IMG/VR virus record: IMGVR_UViG_3300042780_000023
Strand: one strand, 5' to 3'
Length of the DNA: 26,488 nt
From: a virus
Shown here: one piece after another, positions 1 to 7,366 of the stretch
How positions within the stretch are numbered: the stretch's first letter is position 1
How the letters are laid out: each line of letters opens with the position of its first letter
Notes under the pieces: model-generated
Told to the model about the DNA's origin: nothing
Database searches by the model: none
The model's input: only the letters and a program-made list of their open reading frames with translations
Made by a program: the position numbers and the translations under genes

Positions 1-94
1 ATATTATATATTATGATCTATGTGATCAGAGAATTAGGTTAGACTAAAAAGTTAATAAACAAATTATTAAGAATTAATAAAAAAGCTAATAATA

Positions 95-910
95 CTACTC
101 AGAGTTGTTAAGCTGGAAATAGCCCTGCACTGGCTTATCTTTGGAGTGAATATAAAGCAGTTTATCATTTACCCTTCTGAAAATAGATGGCTTAGTTTCT
201 TTAAGGACCTCCCAGCTCTCGATAACAGGGATAAAATCCTCCTCTGGGAAGATATCAAATAATGCTTCCCTGATTTCCTTTAAACTAATTGCTTGAAGAC
301 CATTAGCTTTTAATACGTCTTCTACGAATTCAGGTATGCGTTTTTCTAATGCTTTTTCTCTAATTACCTTTTCTACAAGCATAACATGCTCTTCTTTTTC
401 TTCAATGTACTTTTTCAATGCTCTCAATTCTTTCTCTTTTTTAGCTAAATACTCTTCTTTTTCTGCTAACTCTTTTTCTTTCTTATTAATATAGAATTCT
501 CTCGCTTGTAATTCTCTCTGCTTAATAGTGATCTCTTTAAATTTCTCCCGGTATTTGTTGAGCTCAATACCCATTTTGTCGTAATTAGTTATTAAGAAGG
601 TAGTTAAACGCTTGTATTCTGCTAACTGTTTTACTGCTGCTTTATGCTCGACTTCAAACTGTTTTAATTTCGCTAATGTTGTTGTTAGTTCATGCTGATA
701 CTCCTCGAGAAGGAGATCCTTATCAATTGTGTTATTTTGCGATAGAAGATAGTAATGGATTGCTTCATTTATAATTTTGCTTAAACTCATATCTGTTACT
801 GTGGTTAGTTTTTTGAGTGTTTCTTTAATATGTTTCTTCGTGCTGAAGCTAACTACTACAGTTTCATCATCATTAACAGAAAGGTTTATATCCTCATCTA
901 CCCCATCCAT
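95..910 (-). CDS. N-terminal ribbon-helix-helix-like DNA-binding domain plus long coiled coil
   Basis: VVVSFSTKKHIKETLKKLTTVTDMSLSKIINEAIHYYL fits the RHH strand-helix-helix pattern and is followed by an E/K-rich heptad region. Start moved to ATG 910 because of a GGAGG RBS at 918-922. Confidence 0.6.
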   Translation of the reverse strand: MDGVDEDINLSVNDDETVVVSFSTKKHIKETLKKLTTVTDMSLSKIINEAIHYYLLSQNNTIDKDLLLEEYQHELTTTLAKLKQFEVEHKAAVKQLAEYKRLTTFLITNYDKMGIELNKYREKFKEITIKQRELQAREFYINKKEKELAEKEEYLAKKEKELRALKKYIEEKEEHVMLVEKVIREKALEKRIPEFVEDVLKANGLQAISLKEIREALFDIFPEEDFIPVIESWEVLKETKPSIFRRVNDKLLYIHSKDKPVQGYFQLNNSE

Positions 911-980
911 TATAGAGCCTCCTAAATATTCCATCTTTGCCAGCCTCCGTATCGGGATTTTCTATTTTATTTTGTTTTAA

Positions 981-1000
981 GACTATATAAACTTTTTGTT
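981..1000 (-). promoter_or_regulatory. Archaeal BRE/TATA promoter for the RHH gene
   Basis: Minus strand reads aacaaaaagTTTATATAgtc, about 70-80 nt upstream of ATG 910. Confidence 0.55.
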
Positions 1001-1014
1001 GTTTTTAAAGCAAT

Positions 1015-1044
1015 AAAAATGGAAAAGAAGAGGAAAAAAGGGGA
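1015..1044 (-). terminator. Oligo-pyrimidine (T-rich) archaeal terminator
   Basis: Minus strand reads tccccttttttcctcttcttttccattttt, directly after the stop at 1045. Confidence 0.45.
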
Positions 1045-1257
1045 TTACCTCCCCATAAATATTTTAAAACGGTTAGAAGAGGGAGTGTAACGTAAAAGAC
1101 GGTGATAAATCTCCAATGCCTCTCTATTAAGTATTTCTGCCTCCCCGTGCCTAAACCTTCTATTTAGTGCATCCATCTTATGTAAAATCTTCCCCAATCT
1201 AAAAAAATCTTCCCAAAATTCGGGGGGCAAGGGCTTAAGTGTCGGCTCGTCTTTCAT
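1045..1257 (-). CDS. Hypothetical protein
   Basis: ORF in the tightly packed leftward operon. ATG 1257 preferred over TTG 1263. Confidence 0.6.
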   Translation of the reverse strand: MKDEPTLKPLPPEFWEDFFRLGKILHKMDALNRRFRHGEAEILNREALEIYHRLLRYTPSSNRFKIFMGR

Positions 1258-1384
1258 CTTCAATCAACTCCTTTAACTTTTCTTCTAATTCTTCAACCCA
1301 ACCCAGAGCATCGGCGAAGTTCATATTAATACATGCATTTCGCAACATTGTAATTATCTCCTCGAGGGTAAAATCACAACTCAC
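1235..1384 (-). CDS. Small hypothetical protein (about 49 aa)
   Basis: GTG 1384 preceded by GAGGTGG (1391-1397), overlapping the end of the ligase gene. Confidence 0.55.
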   Translation of the reverse strand: MSCDFTLEEIITMLRNACINMNFADALGWVEELEEKLKELIEDERRADT

Positions 1385-2258
1385 TATTAACCACCTCGAG
1401 ATATAGTCTATAAGCAGAGTTTGGTAAGGCTTTCCCATACTCTTCTGTTACTTCTTTTGCGATTTCCTTCATAGCGGTCTTAGGATCAATAAACTCTTTT
1501 TCTGATAAGCGTAGTTTTACCTTATGTATTGCTTCTAAAACCTGCTCATGAGTAGCATAATCTTTATTTCGCTTTTTGCCTTTTTTAGTCTCGTTTTTTA
1601 TCATCTGTCCTTCGTGTGTTGGATAGTTAAAGTGTATCGGCTTAACTTTACACCTGTCGATTATTCTGTAAAGTCCGTCTAAGGCTTTAACGACAAATCC
1701 CTCATAATCTCTTAGCCAAGCCAACTTAGCGAGGTTCTCGAAGAGCTTTTTGGCGATAACGTTATTATAATATAATGATCTGAATTCTACGGATACAAAG
1801 TTAAGATCTTCATAATAGTAAGGTTTAAAGGCTTTTTCTCCAGCATCCCAGAGCTCATAAATAATAAAATTTGCTGGTTGAAACTGAGAGGTATAAGGTG
1901 CTTTAAGCTCTTTTGCTATTAATTCACCTACTAAGTAACTCCTATCTACGTAATCCGTAGAGAATTGGCTTATAGAACACATTAAAGCGTTGTTATTCTC
2001 TAATGCCTGTTTAAATAAGGTAAAAAATCTATTTTCTGCGTTCTGATTTCTCGTTAAAACGTATATTTTATTATTGAATTTTACTAATCGTAAGTTAGTC
2101 CCGTCATATTTCCGTTCGATAAGGATGTATGGAGCTTTCTTTGCTAACTTATCCCAGTTTTTAAGAAACTGTGCTGGGTTTTGTATTTTTGGAAAGGGCT
2201 TTATGTTTGGAGGGATATACTCATTAGAAAAAATAATACCGTCTTTTTCAAATTCCAC
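1374..2258 (-). CDS. ATP-dependent RNA ligase, archaeal Rnl3/Pab1020-like nucleotidyltransferase
   Basis: Motif I ERKYDGTNLRLVKF (cf. Pab1020-family EEKVDGYNVRVVKF), upstream PFPKI, motif Ia TRN, III LVGEL, IIIa FIIYE, IV EGFVVK and V KVK. No OB domain, so not a standard DNA ligase. Confidence 0.8.
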   Translation of the reverse strand: MEFEKDGIIFSNEYIPPNIKPFPKIQNPAQFLKNWDKLAKKAPYILIERKYDGTNLRLVKFNNKIYVLTRNQNAENRFFTLFKQALENNNALMCSISQFSTDYVDRSYLVGELIAKELKAPYTSQFQPANFIIYELWDAGEKAFKPYYYEDLNFVSVEFRSLYYNNVIAKKLFENLAKLAWLRDYEGFVVKALDGLYRIIDRCKVKPIHFNYPTHEGQMIKNETKKGKKRNKDYATHEQVLEAIHKVKLRLSEKEFIDPKTAMKEIAKEVTEEYGKALPNSAYRLYLEVVNSEL

Positions 2259-2454
2259 AGGTATCCCTCCAAAATTCTTTTAGTTTTCTCCTTGCCTTAT
2301 TGGCATAGCTTCTACTGTGCTTGGTCCTTGCGTTTTTGAGAGTTAGACCATAAACCAGCCTTTTAATAGTAGTTTCAGCGTAACCTTTTTCTCTCAAATA
2401 AGAGATAAATGCCTCTTTTTCATCAGCTGAAAGATGGATAGGCTCAAGGATCAT
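2248..2454 (-). CDS. Small protein resembling a tyrosine-integrase N-terminal (core-binding/SAM-like) domain
   Basis: FISYLREKGYAETTIKR matches the F..YL...G.S..T...Y pattern. No catalytic domain. Confidence 0.45.
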   Translation of the reverse strand: MILEPIHLSADEKEAFISYLREKGYAETTIKRLVYGLTLKNARTKHSRSYANKARRKLKEFWRDTCGI

Positions 2455-2816
2455 TCTTCACCCTCCAAAATGTCTGGGTCTTCCTCTGGATCAACTAAAG
2501 TGTAATAAACTAATCCTGCTTTCGTCTTCTTCTTCCAGACTTTAGCTAAAACAGGTTCACTATCATCAAATGCTCCCTTTTCTTTTAGCTTCCTTAATTG
2601 ATCCATTATTACTGCGCTTGAAGTGTTCCAGCAGTAGGAAGTTTTTTCTACATCGTTTGGAAAGTGGAAATAAACGCTAACGTAAGGTTTTCCGCTGTCG
2701 CCTACTCGCTCATGAAACTCTTCTATTGCTATCACTTCGCCTAAGACGGCTATGCTTTTCACTACTTGCCTATCGTCTTTATCACTCTTCTCCAAAAAGT
2801 CGCTTATTTTTTTCAC
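2451..2816 (-). CDS. Putative OB-fold single-stranded nucleic acid binding protein
   Basis: About 120 aa beta-rich pattern with aromatic residues (GKPYVSVYF, VYYTLVD) and an acidic tail (DPEEDPDILEGEE). GGAGGT RBS. Confidence 0.4.
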   Translation of the reverse strand: MKKISDFLEKSDKDDRQVVKSIAVLGEVIAIEEFHERVGDSGKPYVSVYFHFPNDVEKTSYCWNTSSAVIMDQLRKLKEKGAFDDSEPVLAKVWKKKTKAGLVYYTLVDPEEDPDILEGEE

Positions 2817-2858
2817 TTATACCAACCTCCTAATATTATCACGTTACTTATGGATGTT

Positions 2859-2880
2859 CTACCTTATAAGGTTTTGGTTT
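2859..2880 (-). promoter_or_regulatory. Leftward promoter containing the 12-bp palindrome ACCTTATAAGGT
   Basis: Minus strand reads aaaccaaaaccTTATAAggtag, about 45 nt upstream of GTG 2816. Near-identical to 3611-3631. Confidence 0.6.
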
Positions 2881-2916
2881 AAAAGCAAGAATTTTAATAA
2901 GGAAAAATTGTTTAAA

Positions 2917-2936
2917 AAACAAAAACCTTATATAGA
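2917..2936 (+). promoter_or_regulatory. Rightward BRE/TATA promoter
   Basis: aaacaaaaaccTTATATAg. Forms a 15/16 inverted repeat with 2865-2880. Confidence 0.5.
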
Positions 2937-2954
2937 CCTAATACCTACTCCTAC

Positions 2955-2997
2955 TTTTCTTTTTCAAGCCTCGTCCCTTCAGGGCGGGGAGGAGGTC
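2955..2997 (+). mobile_element. Orphan IS200/IS605 (IS1341-type) right-end hairpin, copy 1
   Basis: ttttctttttcaagcctcgtcccttcagggcggggaggaggtc, the typical archaeal tnpB right-end motif. No tnpA/tnpB in the window. Confidence 0.7.
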
Positions 2998-3047
2998 GCC
3001 TGAGGACTTTTTCATTTTTAATATTAAAGAAGAAGGAGGTGTTGGAG

Positions 3048-3362
3048 ATGAAAGAAGGAGTTTCGGGCGCAATTAAGCAGGAGCAGGAGGTAAGGAAGGT
3101 GGTGGACATGGAGGTGGAGAAATTGCTTGAACACTTGTCGAGGATAGGGCTGATGGAAGTGTTCGAGGATGGGAGAATTGTAGTGAAAACAACAGTGTTC
3201 AGTCTTCAGGAGTGGAAAAGATTTGCAGAGGAGCTCGGGCTTGAAATAGTTAACATAGTCGCAGTAGCACTCGGCAACGCAAGAATGAGGATTGAAATCT
3301 GGTTCAAGAAGTCTCAGAATGAGAGCTCGCCCTTCAGGGCGGGGAGGAGGTCAGTCCTCTGA
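3048..3362 (+). CDS. Hypothetical protein whose C-terminus (SSPFRAGRRS) is read through an IS605 right end
   Basis: Strong GGAGGTG RBS, visibly more GC-rich than the flanks. An alternative ATG at 3108 also has an RBS. Confidence 0.65.
   Translation: MKEGVSGAIKQEQEVRKVVDMEVEKLLEHLSRIGLMEVFEDGRIVVKTTVFSLQEWKRFAEELGLEIVNIVAVALGNARMRIEIWFKKSQNESSPFRAGRRSVL
3326..3355 (+). mobile_element. Orphan IS200/IS605 right-end hairpin, copy 2
   Basis: ctcgcccttcagggcggggaggaggtcagt, the exact reverse complement of 19252-19281. Confidence 0.75.
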
Positions 3363-3476
3363 CCTCGCCGACCCTCAACTTTTTGTCTCTACCCTCCTCA
3401 ACAGCTTCTCTCACCTTGATTTACCATTTATATAGAATATGAATATAGTAGCTTCTTCTCTTCCTCTAATGTGATG

Positions 3477-3532
3477 ACCTTATAGTCGTTAGCCTATTCT
3501 ACTTATTAGGATAATTGACTAATACGCAATAC
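3477..3532 (+). repeat. 56-bp repeat, inverted relative to 19299-19354
   Basis: accttatagtcgttagcctattctacttattaggataattgactaatacgcaatac matches the reverse complement of 19299-19354 with one mismatch. Confidence 0.9.
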
Positions 3533-3610
3533 ATTATTTAATCTACCAGAGCATATTCTTCTTTATTTAGTTAGTTTTTGTATTCTATTCTTGTATTCAC
3601 ATATTAATTC

Positions 3611-3631
3611 ACCAAAAACCTTATAAGGTAG
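3611..3631 (+). promoter_or_regulatory. Rightward promoter for the phosphoesterase gene
   Basis: accaaaaaccTTATAAggtag, about 35 nt upstream of GTG 3662. Mirror copy of 2859-2878. Confidence 0.6.
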
Positions 3632-3661
3632 ATTTTAAAACAAATTAGTTGAGGCGATATT

Positions 3662-4870
3662 GTGAAGCCAAGCCTTTTGAAATTGGTAACTATCCTTAAA
3701 GAAAACGGAGGAATACTACAAAGGCAACAACTGCAAAAATTATCTAATTTTAAACCAAATGCGTTTAGGGCTCGACTTTCTGAATTACGAAAGCTTGGCA
3801 TGGTTAGTGTTGAAGACAATAATGTTATATTGCTAAGAGATACCATTGATGAAAATGAAAAGCAAGATACAGAGAACTTAACTAAAAAGTTGCAGGCTCT
3901 TTTAGATGAAGGAATTATTATTGAAAAAGAGAGGGAGGTGGAGGGGAGAAAAGCAACGGTGGTAATAAGCGATATGCACTTTGGAGATGAAAACGTAATG
4001 CTAAACACGTATCGCTCTGCAGTAAATAACTTAATTAAAAAACTAAGAGAATTAGACAAAGAAAAGAAAATAAGCCTGATCAGAATAATCCTTAACGGCG
4101 ATATAGTATCTGGAAGGGGAATTTTTAGATGGCAAGAAGCCCAAAACGTGTTCAATAAAGGCAATATTCAAATATTGTACGCATCGGCTTTTATTTTAGA
4201 GTTACATGAAAAACTAAGCGAAATTGCAGAAACAGAGTATTTTGTTCTGAAGGGTAACCACGACCAGCACAGAAAAGATAACTACGCTTGGGAGCTAACG
4301 GACAAATTAAGAAGTTATGGGCTTAATGCTTTTTACGCAGGACACCAGCTAATAATGAACTTAGGTAATGATAATAAACAGCATTGGGTTCTTATCGAGC
4401 ATGGCTATGGTGGAAGTGATTATTATCCCGTGAGCTACGATTTTTTGAGAAATACATGGAAAAAGATAACTTGGCTTAACAGGTTGCAGAAAGAGAAGAG
4501 AAGGGATGAAATAGAAAGGGTAATAGTAGGTCACTCACACTGGTTAGTAACGAACTTAAGGCAAGATCCCTTCTGGGCTATTGATGTAAGCGGTGGTTTT
4601 CAAAGAAATGAAAGAGTAGAGCTGGGCAAAAATCAAAGACCAGCTGGGTTCTTATTATACGTTTTCGATGAAGAGAAGGACGGTCTAACAATATACGACT
4701 GGAAAAAGGGCTTAAGGCTTTTTGAGATAGTTGCAGATGAAGAAATAATGCTCCATGAGTTATTAGACCCAGCACTTGAACTAAAGAATAGGATGGACGC
4801 TCCAAAAACGCTAATGCAGTTATATAACAAGCTGGTAGAGATGGGATTAATTAAGAAGGAGGTAGGGTAA
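3662..4870 (+). CDS. Calcineurin-like metallophosphoesterase with N-terminal winged-HTH
   Basis: Motifs SDMHFG, NGDIV, GNHD, EHG and GHSH. N-terminus LQRQQLQKLSNFKPNAFRARLSELRKLGMV is wHTH-like. Confidence 0.85.
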   Translation: MKPSLLKLVTILKENGGILQRQQLQKLSNFKPNAFRARLSELRKLGMVSVEDNNVILLRDTIDENEKQDTENLTKKLQALLDEGIIIEKEREVEGRKATVVISDMHFGDENVMLNTYRSAVNNLIKKLRELDKEKKISLIRIILNGDIVSGRGIFRWQEAQNVFNKGNIQILYASAFILELHEKLSEIAETEYFVLKGNHDQHRKDNYAWELTDKLRSYGLNAFYAGHQLIMNLGNDNKQHWVLIEHGYGGSDYYPVSYDFLRNTWKKITWLNRLQKEKRRDEIERVIVGHSHWLVTNLRQDPFWAIDVSGGFQRNERVELGKNQRPAGFLLYVFDEEKDGLTIYDWKKGLRLFEIVADEEIMLHELLDPALELKNRMDAPKTLMQLYNKLVEMGLIKKEVG

Positions 4871-5085
4871 TGTATTATTATCTAACTGCAAAAAAAGATG
4901 ATTTTTTATTGTATTTTATTATACTACTATTAGCAAGTATTCCAGCGGTAACATCGTATCTTTTTTGGCGATGGCTTAACCCAGCAACATTTTATGAAAG
5001 ACTGCTTACGTTTTTAGCAATAGTTTTCATAGTCTATCCAGTTACGTTAGTTATTGAAATTTTATTCTTAGACCTATTAGAGTGA
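4870..5085 (+). CDS. Small membrane protein (2 TM)
   Basis: Two hydrophobic stretches. TAATG stop-start overlap with the upstream gene. Confidence 0.65.
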   Translation: MYYYLTAKKDDFLLYFIILLLASIPAVTSYLFWRWLNPATFYERLLTFLAIVFIVYPVTLVIEILFLDLLE

Positions 5086-5150
5086 TTAAATAATAATTAA
5101 ATCAGCCCTGTTAAAATAAGTTTATTTTATCTCGCAAAGGAGGTATAAAA

Positions 5151-5660
5151 ATGAGTTACCAGCCTGTTTTTTATATAGAGTTAGACGATGTGATTTTTGA
5201 GATAGAAAAGACCCAGATCCAAATAACTGAAAGAGGAACGATACAGAGTAGCGATTTTATATTCCACATTCAAACAAAAGATGATTATATTAAACTATCG
5301 TTCACTACAGAAACAGCTCTTTTCTTTGCAAGATTATTAAACTATGCTGTAGAATTCGCTACGAATACTTTTCTTAATTCCCCTGCTCCAGCGAGGCATT
5401 ATAAACTACTTCTTAAGCACGATAAGATAAGGACCATCACAGTCCAAGCCTTTCCGAGCGATGTTAGAATTATCCTTATTGGCTCTACTGATATGATAGA
5501 GATCCATATGCCACTAATAGATGCAAACTGGTTAAGTGAGGTATTACACTATGAAGCGTTAAGGGAGTATGCTAATTTAAGCGAAACTCAGCAAGTGCTT
5601 TACGATGAAATATGTAAGAAGAAAGAAGAGGATGACATGGAGGGGAGGGAGTTTGGTTAA
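5151..5660 (+). CDS. Hypothetical protein
   Basis: 169-aa ORF with an AGGAGGT RBS. Confidence 0.7.
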   Translation: MSYQPVFYIELDDVIFEIEKTQIQITERGTIQSSDFIFHIQTKDDYIKLSFTTETALFFARLLNYAVEFATNTFLNSPAPARHYKLLLKHDKIRTITVQAFPSDVRIILIGSTDMIEIHMPLIDANWLSEVLHYEALREYANLSETQQVLYDEICKKKEEDDMEGREFG

Positions 5661-6120
5661 GTGTCCTCTCTGTGGTTCTGATAAGCTTTTCTATGATCCT
5701 GCTCGAGGAGAATACTACTGTGGCGAGTGTGGTTACGTTTATGATTATGATGAGATACCATCAAGAGAAAGATTAGCAGAAATTAAAGGAGACATATCAA
5801 TAAATAATTTAAAAATAAATAGTTACAACGAGGATAATACTATTTATGCAGTACATGAGGTCTACAGGTTATCCTCTTGGCTAAGGATGCCAAAGCATAT
5901 GGTTAGGGAAGCAATTAATATATATATTAATATGATATATAAGAATAATCTCCACCGTAAATTAAACATCCCAATCGAGGACATTATTCCAGCATTAATA
6001 ATATTGATCTACAAAAAATATAGTTTAAACTGCAATTATGATGTTTTATTCAAGTATGCTAAATCAGATCCAAATGCTATCCTTTCATCATACTACAAGC
6101 TTTACAACTATATAGAGTAA
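5653..6120 (+). CDS. Truncated transcription factor B (TFB/TFIIB) homolog: Zn ribbon plus one cyclin-like repeat
   Basis: CPLCGSDKLFYDPARGEYYCGECG (C-x2-C-x15-C-x2-C). AVHEVYRLSSWLRMPKHMVREAINIY resembles TFB core repeat 1. TTG 5653 follows a GGAGGG RBS. Confidence 0.75.
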   Translation: MVKCPLCGSDKLFYDPARGEYYCGECGYVYDYDEIPSRERLAEIKGDISINNLKINSYNEDNTIYAVHEVYRLSSWLRMPKHMVREAINIYINMIYKNNLHRKLNIPIEDIIPALIILIYKKYSLNCNYDVLFKYAKSDPNAILSSYYKLYNYIE

Positions 6121-6271
6121 GACCTTATTGCATAATATATATAGGGAGTGTTAAATTTGGGGAGAGGCGGGGATTTACTCCCCCTCTCCACCCCAATGTG
6201 GGATTAATAATTATTACTATTGTCAATAGTTATCATAACTCTTGATGTTTTGCGAAAGAGGAGGCTTTAGA

Positions 6272-7366
6272 ATGGAGATACGAATGATCAAAATTGATGA
6301 ATTGATCCCGTATGTGAATAATCCTAAGAATTTTGTGATTATAGCAGGGCATGGGCGTTATGAAGCGGCTAAACTTTTAGGTTTAGAAGAAGTCCCAGTT
6401 ATTGTTGCGGATGATTTAACCCCGGCACAGGTTAAGGCTTTTAGAATCGCAGACAACAAAGTAGCGGAGAGCGAATGGGATGAACTTTCTCTCCAAGCTG
6501 AATTAGAGCAGTTACTGGAAGAAGGCTACGATCTCGAATTAACAGGTTTTGATGATGAAGAGATAGAGCGACTTTTCAAGGAATTAAGAGAAAATGAAAA
6601 TGTTGATGAAGAAAAGGAAGACGATTTACCAGGCGTTAAAGAAGAATTAGACCCATTTTCAAAAGAAAGAGATGTATGGATCTTAGGTGAGCATCTGGTG
6701 ATGTGTGGCGACAGCACGAAACGAGAAGATGTTGAGAGGTTGATGGGTAAAGAGAAGGCTAATGTTATCCTAACTGATCCACCATACGACTTTGACGATT
6801 TGAGTTGGTTCAATAATGCTCTCTCAATAGCAAATAAGGAGAGTTGCGAAATTTTTGTGATGAATAGCGATAAGTATCTTGTTAAACTTGCATATAACTA
6901 TTTTAATTATTTTAAGTATTTCTTCTCAGTTACACTAAAGCCTGGCATTTTAGTTAATAACAATATGCCAATAACGGCTCATGATTTAATTGCTTACTTC
7001 AGAGTAGGCAAAACAAAGTTCAAAAACCTATATGATGCATTTTCAACAGCTCTCGAAATTAATAAGCGGAAAGATGATATACATAGGCATTTAAAACCTG
7101 TTGCGTTATTTAAAGAGTTTATCATCCATTTTTCTGATGAAGAGGAGATTATTGTTGATCTGTTTGCTGGTTCAGGCACAACCCTAATTGCTTGTGAGGA
7201 AACACGAAGAAAAGCGAGGCTTATGGAACTTGAACCTGCTAATGTTGATCTAATTGTAAAAAGATATATCGATGCTTTTGGTAATGATGACATAAAACTC
7301 ATTAGGGATGGGATGGAAATTCCGTTTTATGAGATTGAAGAGGAGTTTATGGCTCGTTTTGAGTGA
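6272..7366 (+). CDS. ParB/Srx-like N-terminal domain fused to an amino-(N6A/N4C) DNA methyltransferase, beta class
   Basis: IIAGHGRYEAAKLLG (ParB), LTDPPY (motif IV), HLKPV, DLFAGSGTT (motif I). ATG 6272 follows GAGGAGG. Confidence 0.85.
   Translation: MEIRMIKIDELIPYVNNPKNFVIIAGHGRYEAAKLLGLEEVPVIVADDLTPAQVKAFRIADNKVAESEWDELSLQAELEQLLEEGYDLELTGFDDEEIERLFKELRENENVDEEKEDDLPGVKEELDPFSKERDVWILGEHLVMCGDSTKREDVERLMGKEKANVILTDPPYDFDDLSWFNNALSIANKESCEIFVMNSDKYLVKLAYNYFNYFKYFFSVTLKPGILVNNNMPITAHDLIAYFRVGKTKFKNLYDAFSTALEINKRKDDIHRHLKPVALFKEFIIHFSDEEEIIVDLFAGSGTTLIACEETRRKARLMELEPANVDLIVKRYIDAFGNDDIKLIRDGMEIPFYEIEEEFMARFE

Noticed and set aside
1-94. Replication origin
   Set aside because: AT-rich, but no iterons or ORB boxes are visible; insufficient evidence.
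2752-3003. 83-aa plus-strand ORF ending in the IS hairpin
   Set aside because: It overlaps the promoter region and the SSB-like gene antisense, has no RBS, and its C-terminus is just read-through of the IS end.
3039-3362. TnpB pseudogene
   Set aside because: Only the last 10 residues match a TnpB tail. No RuvC or Zn-ribbon remnants occur upstream.
3604-4164. 186-aa minus-strand ORF and other antisense or alternate-frame ORFs (777-980, 2074-2283, 4578-4830, 6526-7302, 8153-8335, 20669-21433, 24837-25830 plus-strand set, etc.)
   Set aside because: They lie opposite well-supported genes, show the S/F/L-rich composition of antisense shadows, and lack RBSs.
6159-6200. tRNA or attP site
   Set aside because: No cloverleaf, T-loop (GTTCRA) or CCA context; only a single hairpin.
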